Shown here: positions 38,581 through 51,828 of the stretch, one piece after another | Layout of the letters: the number at the start of each line of letters is the position of its first letter | Position numbering within the stretch: the stretch's first letter is position 1 | Assembly: GCF_004010195.1 (NCBI RefSeq) | Contig: NC_057728.1 | Location: 42,847,552 to 42,911,551 of the forward strand | DNA length: 64,000 bases | Direction of reading: 5' to 3' | Origin: Chiloscyllium plagiosum | Lineage: Eukaryota | Position numbers and translations under genes: made by a program | Notes under the pieces: model-generated | Told to the model about the DNA's origin: nothing | Seen by the model: the letters and a program-made list of their open reading frames with translations, nothing else | Databases searched by the model: none

Positions 38581-39246
38581 AATCATTTCAGGAAATTAAC
38601 TTGGACCTTCTATGAGTAGGCGCCAAACTTAACATCTAAATAGACTTCTTTAAATTACTAGCGCAAAACATTCCTTTATAACTGTGGCTTTTATGAAATG
38701 CTTTTTTATATTTTGTGTTTGGTTTAGAATGATCAATTAATTAATAGTCTCCATAGTTTTGCATATATACTGAATGCTAATTTTCAATTCTTGTATCTCT
38801 ATCATTAGCACCTTGTTTTCACTCTGCTGCTTCTTTTTGTTCTTTTGTAATTTATTGCAAATTTTCATTGTGAAGTGAGCCAAATAAGTTGTAAAATTTT
38901 ATTTTTCATGACACTTGTTGCTTTTGCTGTGCATAGTTTAGATAGCAGTGTGTAACTTTATGTGAAAATCATGTTTGGCTTGGAAGTTAATATAAATTTA
39001 AGTTCTGCATATTATTTTAATTACCAAAGTTTTATTGTGACTTTTGATTTATCTCTACTTCTGATCCAATAGTCTCCCTTTAGTGTCAGTAGCTGAACTC
39101 TTCTCACACTGGCAGAATAGTCTGTTGTCCTGAGCAGCTGAACACTCACCCCTCTGACACCATAGAGATTAATCTCCCAGTGCAATTCAGACTGTAGCTC
39201 TTCAGGGACGCTTTACTGTTTACATACACTATCCCATACCAGCTCA

Positions 39247-39252
39247 AATAAA
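39247..39252 (+). promoter_or_regulatory. Candidate PTPRQ polyadenylation signal
   Basis: First AATAAA I found after the stop (~800 nt), followed by a G/T-rich and T-rich stretch. Confidence 0.4.
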
Positions 39253-40805
39253 GCTTTGGGTTGGCCCTTTTTTTTATCTGGATGTAATTCCATTCTGTAA
39301 TTCTAAGTATTCTTTTTTACTGTGCTGAAGTGAAAAAACTCTGTTTTGAGAAACCAATCCATTTTAAATTTAGTTTGCACTGTGAACCAAACTTGTACGA
39401 GTTTATGTAAGAGTTAGGAAGAATCTTTAACTATTAGTTATTTTAAAAGGTTTATACATAGTTCTGAGGATACTTAATGGAGCTCTAATGTACACACTTG
39501 CTTGAATTCTTTCTCTCTATTTTAACTTAAGTGTGAAGTTGTTCATTTTAAATTGTTGAAAAGAGCGACAAGTATCCAAAGCTTTCTGATTTGCACCTAT
39601 CAGAACAATTGCAAGAATTCTAAATTTCAGACAATTGTGCCAATTTATACCACATTGAAAAAGATTTGCTTACTGATTGGCAGATTGACCCTGATTAGCT
39701 GAGGCATGAACATGGAAAAAGCAATGAGTAACTATAGGCTCCTCATGCCTCCAGGTATTCAAAAGAGGCTCAAGCATTGCACACATTCTTTTTGTTTGCA
39801 AAGAACAGATCCCTGTGTTTGAATATCTGTCACTTCTAATGAGTGGTACTGCTTATACAGGTGGTTCTGCTGTAACACGCGTTTTATCAGTGTGATTTAG
39901 CTATAGTGCAATTGACCAATTGTGGACATTGTTTGGATAATGCGAACTTTATACTGAACATGTGTAACAATTTTCTATTAGTGATCTTCTACAGCGCCAT
40001 TTTCTTATAGCACGAGGTTACGGAGGAACACAAATGTTGCATTGTAGCTGGTCGAGCTGTAATAAGTCATAACTGAGCAACAAGTAAATTTGAATAACAA
40101 GCTAGCCAAGCCATTTCACGTTGTTATGATGCCACTTTTAGGATGCTACCATCAGTCTAAAAAGCCATTCAGCTTATCACACAATAATGCAACTTCACAT
40201 ATGAATTTCAACTGCCAGTATGATACTAAGTACCTAGGTTGTATAGTGCAACAATTGGTTGATCAAAAGGTGAATTAACCAAATTTAATGAAAGTAGCTG
40301 AAGATTGCATTATATCAAAGGAAGTGGCTTGTAAAGATGCCAGAAATGGTGAAAAACCTGAGGATTGGGAACAACTTACATCCTAGCATAGGAGGAGAGA
40401 AAAACTGATAAGGAAAGAGAATATGAAAGTAAGCTAGCAAGTAGCATAAATGTTCATGGTAAAAGCTTGCATTGATACATGAAAAGGAAAAGATTAGCAA
40501 GGACAATTGAGTGCCCATTACAGAAGAATTTTTCAAACTAAAAGGATGGAAAAAAAACAAAGTAGCTACTTACTTTTTGTCTTTCACAGAAGATAAGATA
40601 GAATCCCCCAGAAATCCTCAGCAATTAAGCAACTTTTTAACTAAGGAACTGTAAAAAATTAGTATTAGTAAAGAGAAAATTTGAAACATTGTTTGGATTG
40701 AGAGTGATAAATCTCCTAGATCAGGTGAATTTAATTCCAAAGTGTTGAAGGAAGTAGCTATAGAATAAGTGGATGTATTGATGATTATCTTTCATAATTC
40801 TTTAG

Positions 40806-41603
40806 TGTTGTCCATGCTTTGGACACTTTGGCTAGTTTCTATATAAACTCATTTTATTTGGATTTTATACTTGTAAGATACACAACAGGATCAGAGTCAA
40901 CTTGCAATTCAACACAGTCTTATTCATGAAAGACACAAAATGAGTTGTATGGTCGAATGTTACCGAAAACACTACTCTTTCACTATAAAACTCTGAATTC
41001 TTACATTAATTACCCTACCAATCGCAACATTATGTTTTTGTTGCAATCCTTATCAAAATTATGACTGGCTACCAGACTACGACCAGGTACTATTTAGGAT
41101 GTTAAACTTGGCCATGCTGCATAGTCAGCTCTGATGAACCTGGTGAAGGTTGGTCTTACATGTGGTCATCTTTTCTGTCTCTCCCCCGGTGGCCAAACAG
41201 CTACTGCTTTGAGTCTTCGCTGTAGGAATGGCCACCAGGTGACCCTTCTTATTCCTCACTCAGCCAAGTGATTTTCCAGGTCAGTGTCACAGCGGGATCC
41301 CCAATGTCAGATATGAAAGACACTGGGTGTTCCCTTGGTGTCCATCCTCTGATGTGTGAAGGGCATATCCACCTCTCCATATGTGGTCATGACAGAAACT
41401 CAGGGTTTGGGCGAGTCTACTTGTATCCCTAATACACAAACCAGTCTCATTTTCCAAGGCAAGTCTGGGTTTGTCCATGCATGCCTTTGTCTTGTGTAGT
41501 TGCTTTGTGCTTGACCTGTCCTAAAAATTCCATTGGACCTGGTGCTCAAACGTTGCCTATTCTGATTTTGACCAAATAGTTCAGGCCCTGCTATCTGGCC
41601 ACA
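40806..41603 (-). mobile_element. Solo-LTR-like insertion in CR1
   Basis: TG...CA termini, TTAG/ATAG near-TSD, AATAAA on the minus strand near 40920; CR1 sequence rejoins across it. Confidence 0.5.
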
Positions 41604-41884
41604 ATAGATTCTGAGAAAGGTTCCTGCTGACTGGAAGACAGCAAGTATAACCCCACTACTTAGGAAGGGAAGAAAAAAGAGAATAACTGATCTATTTGCT
41701 TGGGAAAACATTAGAAGCTATGTGACATCAGAACTTTCAGACAAGAATTGCAAAATTAGGCATAGTCAATATGGATTGATACAAAGGGAAATCATGTTTG
41801 AAAAACTTGTAAGTATTTTGTTGAGGATGTTACATGTAGTATAGATACCGAATAATCAGTGGATGTAGTATATTTTGATTTTGC

Positions 41885-42233
41885 ATTAGAATCCCTGCAG
41901 TGTGGAAACAGGCCATTTGGCCCAACAAGTCTACACTGATTCTCCAAAGAGCATCCCACCCAGCCTCATCTCTCTATCCTATCCCTGTAACCCTGCATTT
42001 CCCATGACTAATCTACCTAATTAACACATTGCTGAACACTATGCGCTATTTAGCATGGCCAATCCACCCAATGTGCACATCTTTGGACTGTGGGAGGAAA
42101 CTGTGCACCTGGAGGAGACCCACACAAACACAGGGAGAATGTGCAGTCTTCACACAGTCAGTCACCTGAGGCTGGAACCAAACTCGAGTTCCTGGTACTG
42201 TAAGGCAGCAGTGCTAACCACTGTGCCATCATG
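41885..42233 (-). mobile_element. HE1-type V-SINE inserted in a CR1 LINE
   Basis: Same consensus; interrupts the CR1 RT segment VDVVYFDF...AFDKIPH. Confidence 0.8.
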
Positions 42234-45126
42234 AAGCCAGTTTCAGGTGGCTTTTGATAAGATCCCACACAGAAGGCTGAGAAATAAAATTAGAGCTCAT
42301 GGGGTTTGGTGGAAATACACTACTATGGATTGGGAACTGATCGACAGAAAGCAGCCGACAGTAGGAATAATTAGGATCATTCTCAGGATGCAGGGTGTTT
42401 CTAGTGGACTGGGTCAGGGCTGGGTCTACAACTGTTCACAATCTCTTTGGATGTATTTGGACCTATTGTATTATTTCCAAATCTCATGACAACACCAAAT
42501 TGGTTTGGGGTTGAAAGATATGAAGGTTATACGAGCAGGCTTTGAGGACTTGGACAGGTTTAGTGAATGGTCTAAAACATGGCAGGTGGAATATAATACA
42601 AATGATTTTGAGGTTCTTCCTGTTTATGGAGAAAGCAGAAAGGCAGAATATGTTTTAAATGGTGAGCAATTATTAAATGTGGGTATCCAAAGAGATCTGG
42701 CTGTCCTTATTATTGGGTCATTAATAGCTAGCATGCAGGTGCCAAAAACAATTAGGAAGGCAAATGATATATTGATACTACATATTGGCAAGGAGATTTC
42801 AGCTCAGAAGTAAGTTGTATAGAATCTTGATGACATGGAGTATACAATGCAGTTTGTTCTCCTTATCCAACGAAGGAAGTTCTGACCACTGAGTGAATTG
42901 AAAGGAGGTTCACTAAATTGTTTTCTGGGTTGACAGGATTTTGTTTTGAGGAGACAGCAAGGAAAATGGGTCTGTATTTTTGACAGTTGCGAAGAGTGAA
43001 GTCCCACTCAAAATTACAAAGTTCTTATAGTTTCAGACGGTAGCTCTAAATAGGATGTTTCCTCTGGTGGTGACACTAGAACTAGGGATATAATCTTGCA
43101 TAGGATATTTAAAAGGAGATGAGGAGGAATTTCCTAACTCAGAGGGTAGTGATGTTTGGAGTTCTCTTCCCTAGAGAACTGCAAAAGCTGTTTCATACAG
43201 TATCAATACAGAAATCAATAGATTTCATAGACTCATGATATTAAGGAATATGGTTGAAGAGGTAGAAGATCGGCCATGATCTAACTGAATGAAGATGCAG
43301 GTTTGAATGTCTGTACCTAAGGCCATCATGACAGACAGAGTATAGACTATACTCCACTGGCCAGCACTTACAAAACCCAGAACAAAGTGTTTCCTGTTCG
43401 CTGTGATCCTATGCTTGGCTGCACTTGTGAACAATTCTGAGTGGACCAATAACTACACTAACAACTAATTTATGGTAATCAGTCAAGCTTGTAACATGAT
43501 ACATTTACACTTACCAGAGGTAACTTGAATTCATATGAATTCTTTGCTAACAAAAGTTTCAAGTCTTGAAGAAGTCATTGAATTTGAAATGTTAATTGCG
43601 TTTCTCACTGCGCAGCTGCCAGACCTGATGAGTTTCTCTCACAATTACTGTTTCTTTGCCACTTTTGAATTACCTAGAAGCATGAGAAGCCCATAGTTTC
43701 CACATTGCTTTTTCCATGGCAATGCCTTGGCCTGGCAGAGTTGACTTGTCAACCAAACAGTGACCCCTTTTCTCCTTAGTATAAAAGCTTATGATAATTT
43801 GAAATTTGCTATTCTTGTATTTGTCTCAATCAATAGAAGCAGAAAAGCTTCAGCATCATGTCTCTCTTTGCAGAAATTTGTTCGCGATGATTTGAGTAAA
43901 TTTTAGAAGGACAAGCTAAGCATTCCTATACTAGTAACCAAGATGTAATTTCAGAACCTATATTAGTTCAGCTCCTGTGGCTTTGCTCATGGACCAAAAG
44001 ATATTTAACTCTCACTTCCTTTAGAAAATTATATACTTCCCTTCCATTCTTCAATTCCATTCAAGGTCCACTCAATATAATATTTCATTTATTTTGTATT
44101 GTCGGTCTAATAATTAAATATGCTTCATTGTACTTGCTGGAAGTACAACAAGCAGCCCTACATGTGTAAATACAGCTACATGACTAAAGTCAAGAATGTG
44201 CTGCTGTGAAACTGGAACCACTATAATAATAGAATAATAGTTAATGCATGAAAATGTATTTTTTTGTTCTTTCATTATCTGTTTTTCGTACATTCTCAAA
44301 CAATAACATAATTGCAAATTAAATGTTTCTAAAAATATTATTAATTTAGGCAACTCCATATGTTTTTTTTAATGACTGATCACACAGGCCCTGTTAATAA
44401 GTATTCTGTCTTGAAATGAATAGATCATACCATACTGGATAAATAAAGAAAGATTGCACAACACTGAATTGTTTTTGCTTAATGCAGAACTCTCTGATTT
44501 ATGAAAAGTAAAGGATGCTTCAGTAGAAAGATGCAAATTTAATTCTCAAATGATTATGCTACCTCATTGGAACTTTTTCAAATTTTGTTTTAAGAACCAT
44601 TACTATTTAATGGTATTCTATTCATTGTATTGTTGTTCCATTAAGTAATGATAGGCAAACACTATAATGTATAATTTGCAGTATCTTAAATTACAAAAAT
44701 TGTTTGTGCAATACAAAGTACTGTAGTAAAACAAAAATTATGAAAATAATAATTTTATTCACTGGGCAAAACATAACTTGTAATTGAAGCATTAAATTGA
44801 GAAATGTATAGTTTGACGTTGTGATTTGATGATATTTGCCACAAACACTGCAATTTCTATGGGTCTTGAACACTATAGGGCACAATCGTTGCTACAGGAT
44901 ATCCAATAAACGCAGAGCTTGGGCCAACATCAAGAGGAAGGTAAAATTAAAAACTAATCATATTAGCCAGAAAAAAACTTTAGTTGTGAATTCATAAACT
45001 TTAATTTCTAAACAAATTGCTCCTTTCGTTCATGTCTTAATAGCCATTCTTTAACAGCTGTGTTAGGAGTATATATGTAGTGTATTATACTATTACCCAC
45101 TAGGTGTCCTAATGCTATATCTAATT

Positions 45127-45454
45127 CATAGAACACAATAACCGTAATGTGAAAGCAGACTATTTGGCCCATCAAGTTCGCACCGGCCTTCTGAACAGCA
45201 TTCCACCCAGACCCACCCCGTACCCTATCCCTGTAACCCCATATTTCTCACAGGTAAACCACCTAGCATGCACATCCCTGGACTGGCATGGCCAATTCGT
45301 CTCGGCTGCACATCTTTGGATTGTGGGAGGAAACCCACACAGACACAAGGAGAATATGCAATCTCCACATAGACAGTCCCCCGAGGCTGGAATCAAACCC
45401 AAGTCCCTGGTGCAGTGAGGCAGCAGTGCTAGCCACTGAGCCACTGTGCCACCC
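45127..45454 (-). mobile_element. HE1-type V-SINE
   Basis: Same consensus, more diverged. Confidence 0.8.
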
Positions 45455-46719
45455 TGCGGTAGTCAGAAGCAATTTAACAGATTGCTGTTCAACTCTTGTA
45501 ACCAGACAGATGTCATTTGAAACCCACTATACAGTACATTACATTTCATGTATTTGCTTGAAATGTAGATACTTATGTCCCAAAACCTCAGTTCCTAAGA
45601 TCTTTTATCAGAATTTTGTAACGGCTGGACTTTCGTTATCCTACCGAAACACTCTGAAGATGCCAGCAATTGAGAGGCCAATTAACTACAATATTGTTGT
45701 GCTGGATTTCGGTGTGAGGTCTTCCAGGAATCAATGCACAGTCCCCAAAAGACTTGGAAAATATCATTCGTGGAAAATAGAGAAATGCATCTATAATCTT
45801 TAAAGTTCAATGCTGTTCAAGAATGACCAATGTTCAGAGAGGTGAAGTCTTGAACCTAAGAGAAACAAATAAGTGGTGAGCAGCAAAATTCTGAGGGCCA
45901 GGAGACTGGTGTTAGGAGTTACAACACTGTGATCCTGTCCCTATGCTGAACCAGCCTTCAAAATCTGTTTTACATAATGGGGAGGTCAGTGTGTTGCCTC
46001 CATAGGCCAACCCAAGCAGCAGTAGAGGTAGGCTGATGGCAAAGTCAATAAGTTAGAAGGTGCACCTCTATTTATGGAGAGAGCTGCCCAGTTGTTCTTG
46101 TTGTTTTTAGAGCCTCTAACCCTCACTACTCCTCTGACCCTACCTGCCCCGCATGCCCGCTCATAGCTCCCGTGCCACCTCATCCACATTCCCTTTAATA
46201 CATTTCTCGCTCCATCCCTCCATGGACCCAGCATTCCCTCTCACTCGGTATCCACTAGGTGCTCATGATTGACGCATGAACACAGGCAAATTGCTAAAAT
46301 GCTCATTTTTTTTAAAAAATTGGCGATAAAATATTGCCTTTAAGGGACATTAAACTGTCAATCAAATTCAGCCTGTGTAAGTCTCATTGAAGAAACCTTG
46401 TCCAAATTAGCAAACAGGTATTGAAAAGCCAGTTCAAAGAAAGAAGATATCTGACCGTCTGTTCAATCTGCTTCTGTTAATGCAGATGCCAGATGGCTTC
46501 AATCTGAATGCTTGCTGATCTCCAAGAACAGCTAATGCATTCAGCCCTGTAGAAGTTATTATATATATGAAATGGGGACTGCTGGTTTTGTTTGATTGGC
46601 AGATTTATTAAATTACAAAATTTAATCTTTCTTCTGCCAACTCTTAAACACACATGTGTGAGATTCCAAATCATTTTAATGGCCTGATTTGAGAGTCTCC
46701 ATATAGTCAGAAATTTAGC

Positions 46720-47019
46720 ATTCAGCCCTTTGATTCCACACCAGCCCACTGAAGGGCTTCCCACCCAGAACCACCCAATCCCTGTAACTGTACATTTCCC
46801 ATGGCTAATCTGCCTAATTTACTCATCCCTGAACACTACAGGCAATTTAACATAGCCAATCCACCTAACCTGCACACTGTTGGAGTGTGGGAGGAAACCC
46901 AGACAGACGCAAGGAAAAGCATGTAAACTTCACACAGATGGTCACCAAAGGGTGGAATTGAACCCTGGTCTCTAACACTGAGAGACAGCAGTGCTAACTA
47001 CTGAGCCACCATGCTACCC
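46720..47019 (-). mobile_element. HE1-type V-SINE (diverged)
   Basis: Same consensus head and central domain. Confidence 0.75.
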
Positions 47020-47990
47020 GTAAAGTTGTGCAGGCATTGAAAGATGTACATTGGGGTCACTTTGTGATTTAATGTTCAAACAAGCACTTATCCTGGAGAC
47101 CTCTGAAAAAGTCCTCTGCTTTGAATTTGCATTGGAAACTTCAGAGGATTCAGACTTACCTTAATTGTTAACCAGGAAACATTAAAGGGTTAAAAACTGT
47201 TCTAACGCTTGGTTAACAATAAAGTTGACCTCCTGTCACCTTCACCCTAATTAACCACTGCACCTTCCCCAGGAGAGATCTATACCATGCTACATGTACA
47301 CTCACTGAATTGGCAAGTGTTGTTTTTTTAAAGAAACTGCAGTCAATTGAGGCGTGGGAAATATGAGGAACCAATATACCTTTCCTCAGCAGTAATAAAC
47401 CCTGAGCCCTAACTGGACAGCAGTGACACCATCTTCATGTGGAGTTCTTAAAAAGCATAACCTGCTGAATCCCATGAATGCTACTTGAAATCTGACTGCA
47501 TCTGTGGAAATTCTTAAAAAGAAATTAGGAGAACTTTTATATAAATATTAAACTAAAAGGCTGTGCACCACAACAATAAATATTCAGCTGGCAACAAAAG
47601 GTTGTTCTTAATTTCTGAGGGCAAGCAATTGGAGGAAGTGATTGTGCACCTCCTAGAAATTCACTTAACTAATGCTGTAGAGAATGCAAGCATATGAATG
47701 TCAACACCTACAGCTTGCTTCTGCTGGCCACGTGTAAATGGCCAAAGACTATATTTTAGGCTCATACTCTAAATAGATCTTTAAGTAAATTCAGCAAGAA
47801 AAGTTGTCAGCAGGAAATCGATTTTGTGTTATTATAATCAAACAGAGAAGGGAAAAAAAACAAATATCAGAACTTCATCAACCACTAGTATTAGCAGAAC
47901 TTTAGTTATTCTATCATAATCCTACCATTTGTGTTCATCAATCTGAAATTGCTACATTGATGACTGTATCGGCGCTACCTCGTGCTCCCG

Positions 47991-48071
47991 GCCTGTGCCC
48001 GAAACGTCGAATCTCCTGTTCCCTGGATGCTGCCTGACCTGCTGTGCTGTTCCAGCAATAAAGTTTCAACT
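47991..48071 (+). mobile_element. Penelope-like pLTR fragment
   Basis: gcccgaaacgtcgaatctcctgttccctggatgctgcctgacctgctgtgctgttccagc, same family as 879-966; further copies at ~50545-50631 (+) and ~59008-59072 (-). Confidence 0.65.
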
Positions 48072-49384
48072 GAAATGGCTTCACTATTGGGAAGAAGCAG
48101 GTAGATGCTGTGAAGTATTACCTATCTGGCAGAAGCTTGGACTGGTTTGATATTGTCATGCCACGGAAAGATAAACACTTCCAAAGTATTGGAGCCATAT
48201 CAAGACTCTTAAAAGTTATGTGGTACAAATAATGATTGTGTCTGATATAAGTCTCTGTGACGCTATCAGAGAATACCTCTTTTTCAAGATGAACATCCAA
48301 GATCATCTGCCAAAAGCAGACATTAGTTGAAGCAAAACCCCATGATGTATTAAGAAATTATTTTCTGAGGCTATGGATCATAGTGACTGTTCATCAAGAA
48401 GTATAGATTACTTGAATTGCTTTCTTTTGAGCAAAGCTTTCCTACTTGCCTTCTAATTTATTTTTTGGATAAATAAGGAAACAGGGAACCTCCATGAGAG
48501 AAACATTCAAGTCTTCCTCTAAGATTCCAAGATAAAATAGAAATAACTATTGAGGGAGGCTTCTAAATTAAGCTGGGACCTACAAATATTTTCTAAAAGA
48601 ACCATTCCAAAATAATGAGACTTTGTTTAGAATCTCCACTGATAAATAATTATTTGCCTTTAAGAATACAGCAATTGTTATCCATCCAAAAGGCCCACAT
48701 TTTATAATGGCACATTTTAAGCTGAGAACCTCATCACAGTATGGATGTTATGGAAGTTATGATGTGTGACATTGTCCCAGACTATAAACCCATCATTTGC
48801 TGGCTGCAAAAAGCTCACAGCAAATTTTACATCCTCACTTCAAGGAGATTGTGGATTGTAAATGAAACGGAATCAACAATGGATAGATTCTCTAACACCC
48901 ACAAATCCCTATTCCCTCAAATAGATCCATTGAGTTTTGTTCTAGAAATCCACTGGAGATTTCTAGTGTTAGATCATGATTCACTCAAGCTTATTTTGAA
49001 TATAGTTAAAGCAATTGGTAGTTTAACTATATCACAAATATTATTTTGACATAAATTGTGAATGTGGGAAACATTGCACATAATATGAGCTGCATTCTTT
49101 AGCTTAATTATAATTAATTAAAAGAAAACATTTTTATTGTTATACCAGACAGTATAATTTGTTTTCACAAATGTCAAATAATTGTTAATTAATAGCAAGT
49201 GCTTTGTGTTTGACATATTTTGGAACATAATTACACTTGACTGAAGTGTGTATTTATATTTAACCAACTATTCTGTGTTGCTTACATCATGGTCCTTTCT
49301 TCTTTGCTCCATTTCATTTGGATATTAATTCCTCAAATTTGGCTACCTCTGGAACAATAGATTTTATTTGTTAGTATTAGTTGC

Positions 49385-50460
49385 TCAGGGAATATACACA
49401 TTTCTGGTTGGGCCAGCATTTATCGTACACCCCTAATTGCTCTTGACAAGGTGTAGTGAGCTGCAAGGTTGTGGTATTCCCATGTGTTGGCTGCCCTTGT
49501 CCTTTTGGATGGTAGTGGTTATGGATTTGGAAGGCACTGTCTATGGAAACTTGGTGAATTTCTGCAGTGCATATTTCAGGTGGTGCGCTCTACTTCTGCT
49601 GTGTATTGGTGGTAGAGAGGGTGAATGATTGAGATTGTGGTGGCAACCAAGCAGGTTGTTTTGTCCTGGATGGTGTCAAGCTTCTTAAACGTTGTAGGAA
49701 CTGTATTGATCCAGACCAATGGTGAGTACTCCAACACACCTTAACATCTTGCCTTATTCAAGGCATAAGTCAATCAGGATCCATTACATTTTCTATGTCT
49801 GGTATAATCATATGTTTCTTGATGTCATATGCAGTGAATTTAATTGGCTAAAGACTGGCTTCTATGAGGGATGCAGACCTCAGAAAGAGTCTGAGATGTG
49901 GATCATCCACTTGAAATTCCTGCAGAAGGTATTGTTAATGTTCCAACATTGTCTTTTATACTTGTGTGCTTGGCTGTACATGATTGAAGATGGGTTATTC
50001 ATGGGTCATCTTCCACATTTTAGGTAGTATTCTATCATTCATGACTTTACAGGACTTCAGAGCTTTGATTGAAGATGTCGGTTGTATGATTATTTTGCTC
50101 TGCAGGCCTTTTGAAAACAAATTCAGCTACTGTTACATCATGTTGAGTTACAGATTCACCAGTTTCTCGCGTTTTGTTAGGTTTGCCTGGTGTTGCTCCC
50201 AGCAGAAATCAAAAAATGCTGGAATTCAGTGAGTCAGGCAGCATCCATGGAGAGCAGCAAGCTAACATATCGAGTCAAGATGACTCTTCATCAGAGGTGA
50301 TACTCTGATGCTCTTCCACCATCCCGATTGAATGGATATTGGTCCCTAGGGTGATGGTAATAATAGAGGGAGGGATGGTCATGACAGAGTAAGGATATGT
50401 CAAACCATGAGAAGATAGATTATGATTGAATATAATTCAGGTGCTGATGATGGCTCAGTG
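49385..50460 (-). mobile_element. Decayed LINE fragments, same family, with a Penelope-like insert at ~50205-50310
   Basis: ggccagcatttatcgtacacccctaattgc tail; similarity to 13930-14230 and 33300-33760. Confidence 0.6.
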
Positions 50461-50764
50461 CCTTCATGATTTGAAAGTTGATGACAGTTCTGGAGACCTT
50501 TAGTAATTACAAGGAAAAACTCCAATTAGGAGAAAGCGAGGACTAAGGGCTTATGCCAAAAACGTCAACTTTCCTGCTCTTTGAATGCTGCCTGACCTGC
50601 TGTGCTTTTCCACCGTCACACTTTTTGACTCAAATTCTAAATGGATCAAGCCAGGAGTGATTTCATACTTTTTGCAAACACAGCAAGACAAAGACAAAAG
50701 TAGACTTTCCATCTCTGAATGTGGACTGGTAACAATGGAGAGTCGTTGACCCTACTTTTTTAAA

Positions 50765-50892
50765 AAATTTAATTTATGTTCCTAATCAATCTGTTCAGAG
50801 ATGTTATTACACAGCTCTGGTGTCGATGGGACTCAAACCCAGGTCTCTTAGCTCAGGGGTAGGGACACTCCCTCTGCACCATAAGAGGACCC
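50765..50892 (-). mobile_element. Short tRNA-derived SINE, third family
   Basis: ctaatcaatctgttcagagatgttattac...ggactcaaacccaggtctc, homologous to 26355-26465. Confidence 0.6.
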
Positions 50893-51828
50893 TTAACCTT
50901 CCTTACAATTGTCGAAATGCTAATAGCCCCAGCTGTCTCCACAGATGAGCAATGGTTTCTTGGCCAGAGGGATTGATACTAATTGATATATTGAAACAGT
51001 CTGATTCAAGAACCATGTCTCAGGACCAACACTCTCCCAGTCTTTGAAAGGCTTTAACTATAAATTTCTGAAGCCTTATTTCAGTCTGCTAACTTCCTGG
51101 AAACAAAATGTCCGTTGTTTTTTACCCTTCCAAGTGACTTGAGTCTATAAGACCATTAACAGTAATTCTGACTCAAGGTTAATAACTAGGCCTGCCCCAT
51201 AACCAAGTAAACGTCTTTGGAACCATGTCCTGGATAAAACTTTGCATTTGAGTTTGCCAACCTCATATTTCTGAGTTTTCAGCAACTTTTAAAAGGAATT
51301 TTGCATCTCATGTCATGTCTAGCTGAACCCACCTGAGTCTGAGCTCCTTCAGAAAAAAGAATCTTCACTTGACACTAACTTTCTGGACTCAGGCAATCAT
51401 GTGAAGTAATATTTATGTCTTTGGTGATTTTACATTAGTCTTAATTGTAAACTCTTCCTTTACCTTCCTTGAATGTATGTGTTATACATGTTACAACAGT
51501 CATCCCCCAAGTTTGAATAAACCATACCTCTGACTTAATTTAAAAATGATTTTTTTTTGTGCGTCACTTTAAACATTGGACTTCACAGACAAAACCTTTG
51601 AGGAAACACACCACAGCAGCTTTCAACCGAGAGTTAAAAAGACACCTGTACTTATGGACAGAAAAGTAAAATAATTCAACTTACCTCCCTCCCCAGTCCA
51701 TAACAGTATCATCATTGAAATGGTTCATTCTATCTGGAGTCCCTGGAAATAAGCTGACCGTATTGATTACAATGTCATTGATTGGAGGTGTTAATCTGGG
51801 CCAATCGGGAAAGCCCTGGCTGACCAAT

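Larger units (their letters stand above)
40280..43310 (+). mobile_element. Old CR1 LINE (ORF2) fragmented by nested insertions
   Basis: Collinear CR1 motifs: DKSP, IF.NSLDS.KVPADWK, AFDKIPHRRL, WSKTWQVEYN and 3' region; interrupted at 40806-41603 and 41885-42233. Confidence 0.75.

Noticed and set aside
45288..45803. 171-aa ORF
   Set aside because: Begins in the antisense strand of an HE1 SINE and continues into unrelated sequence.
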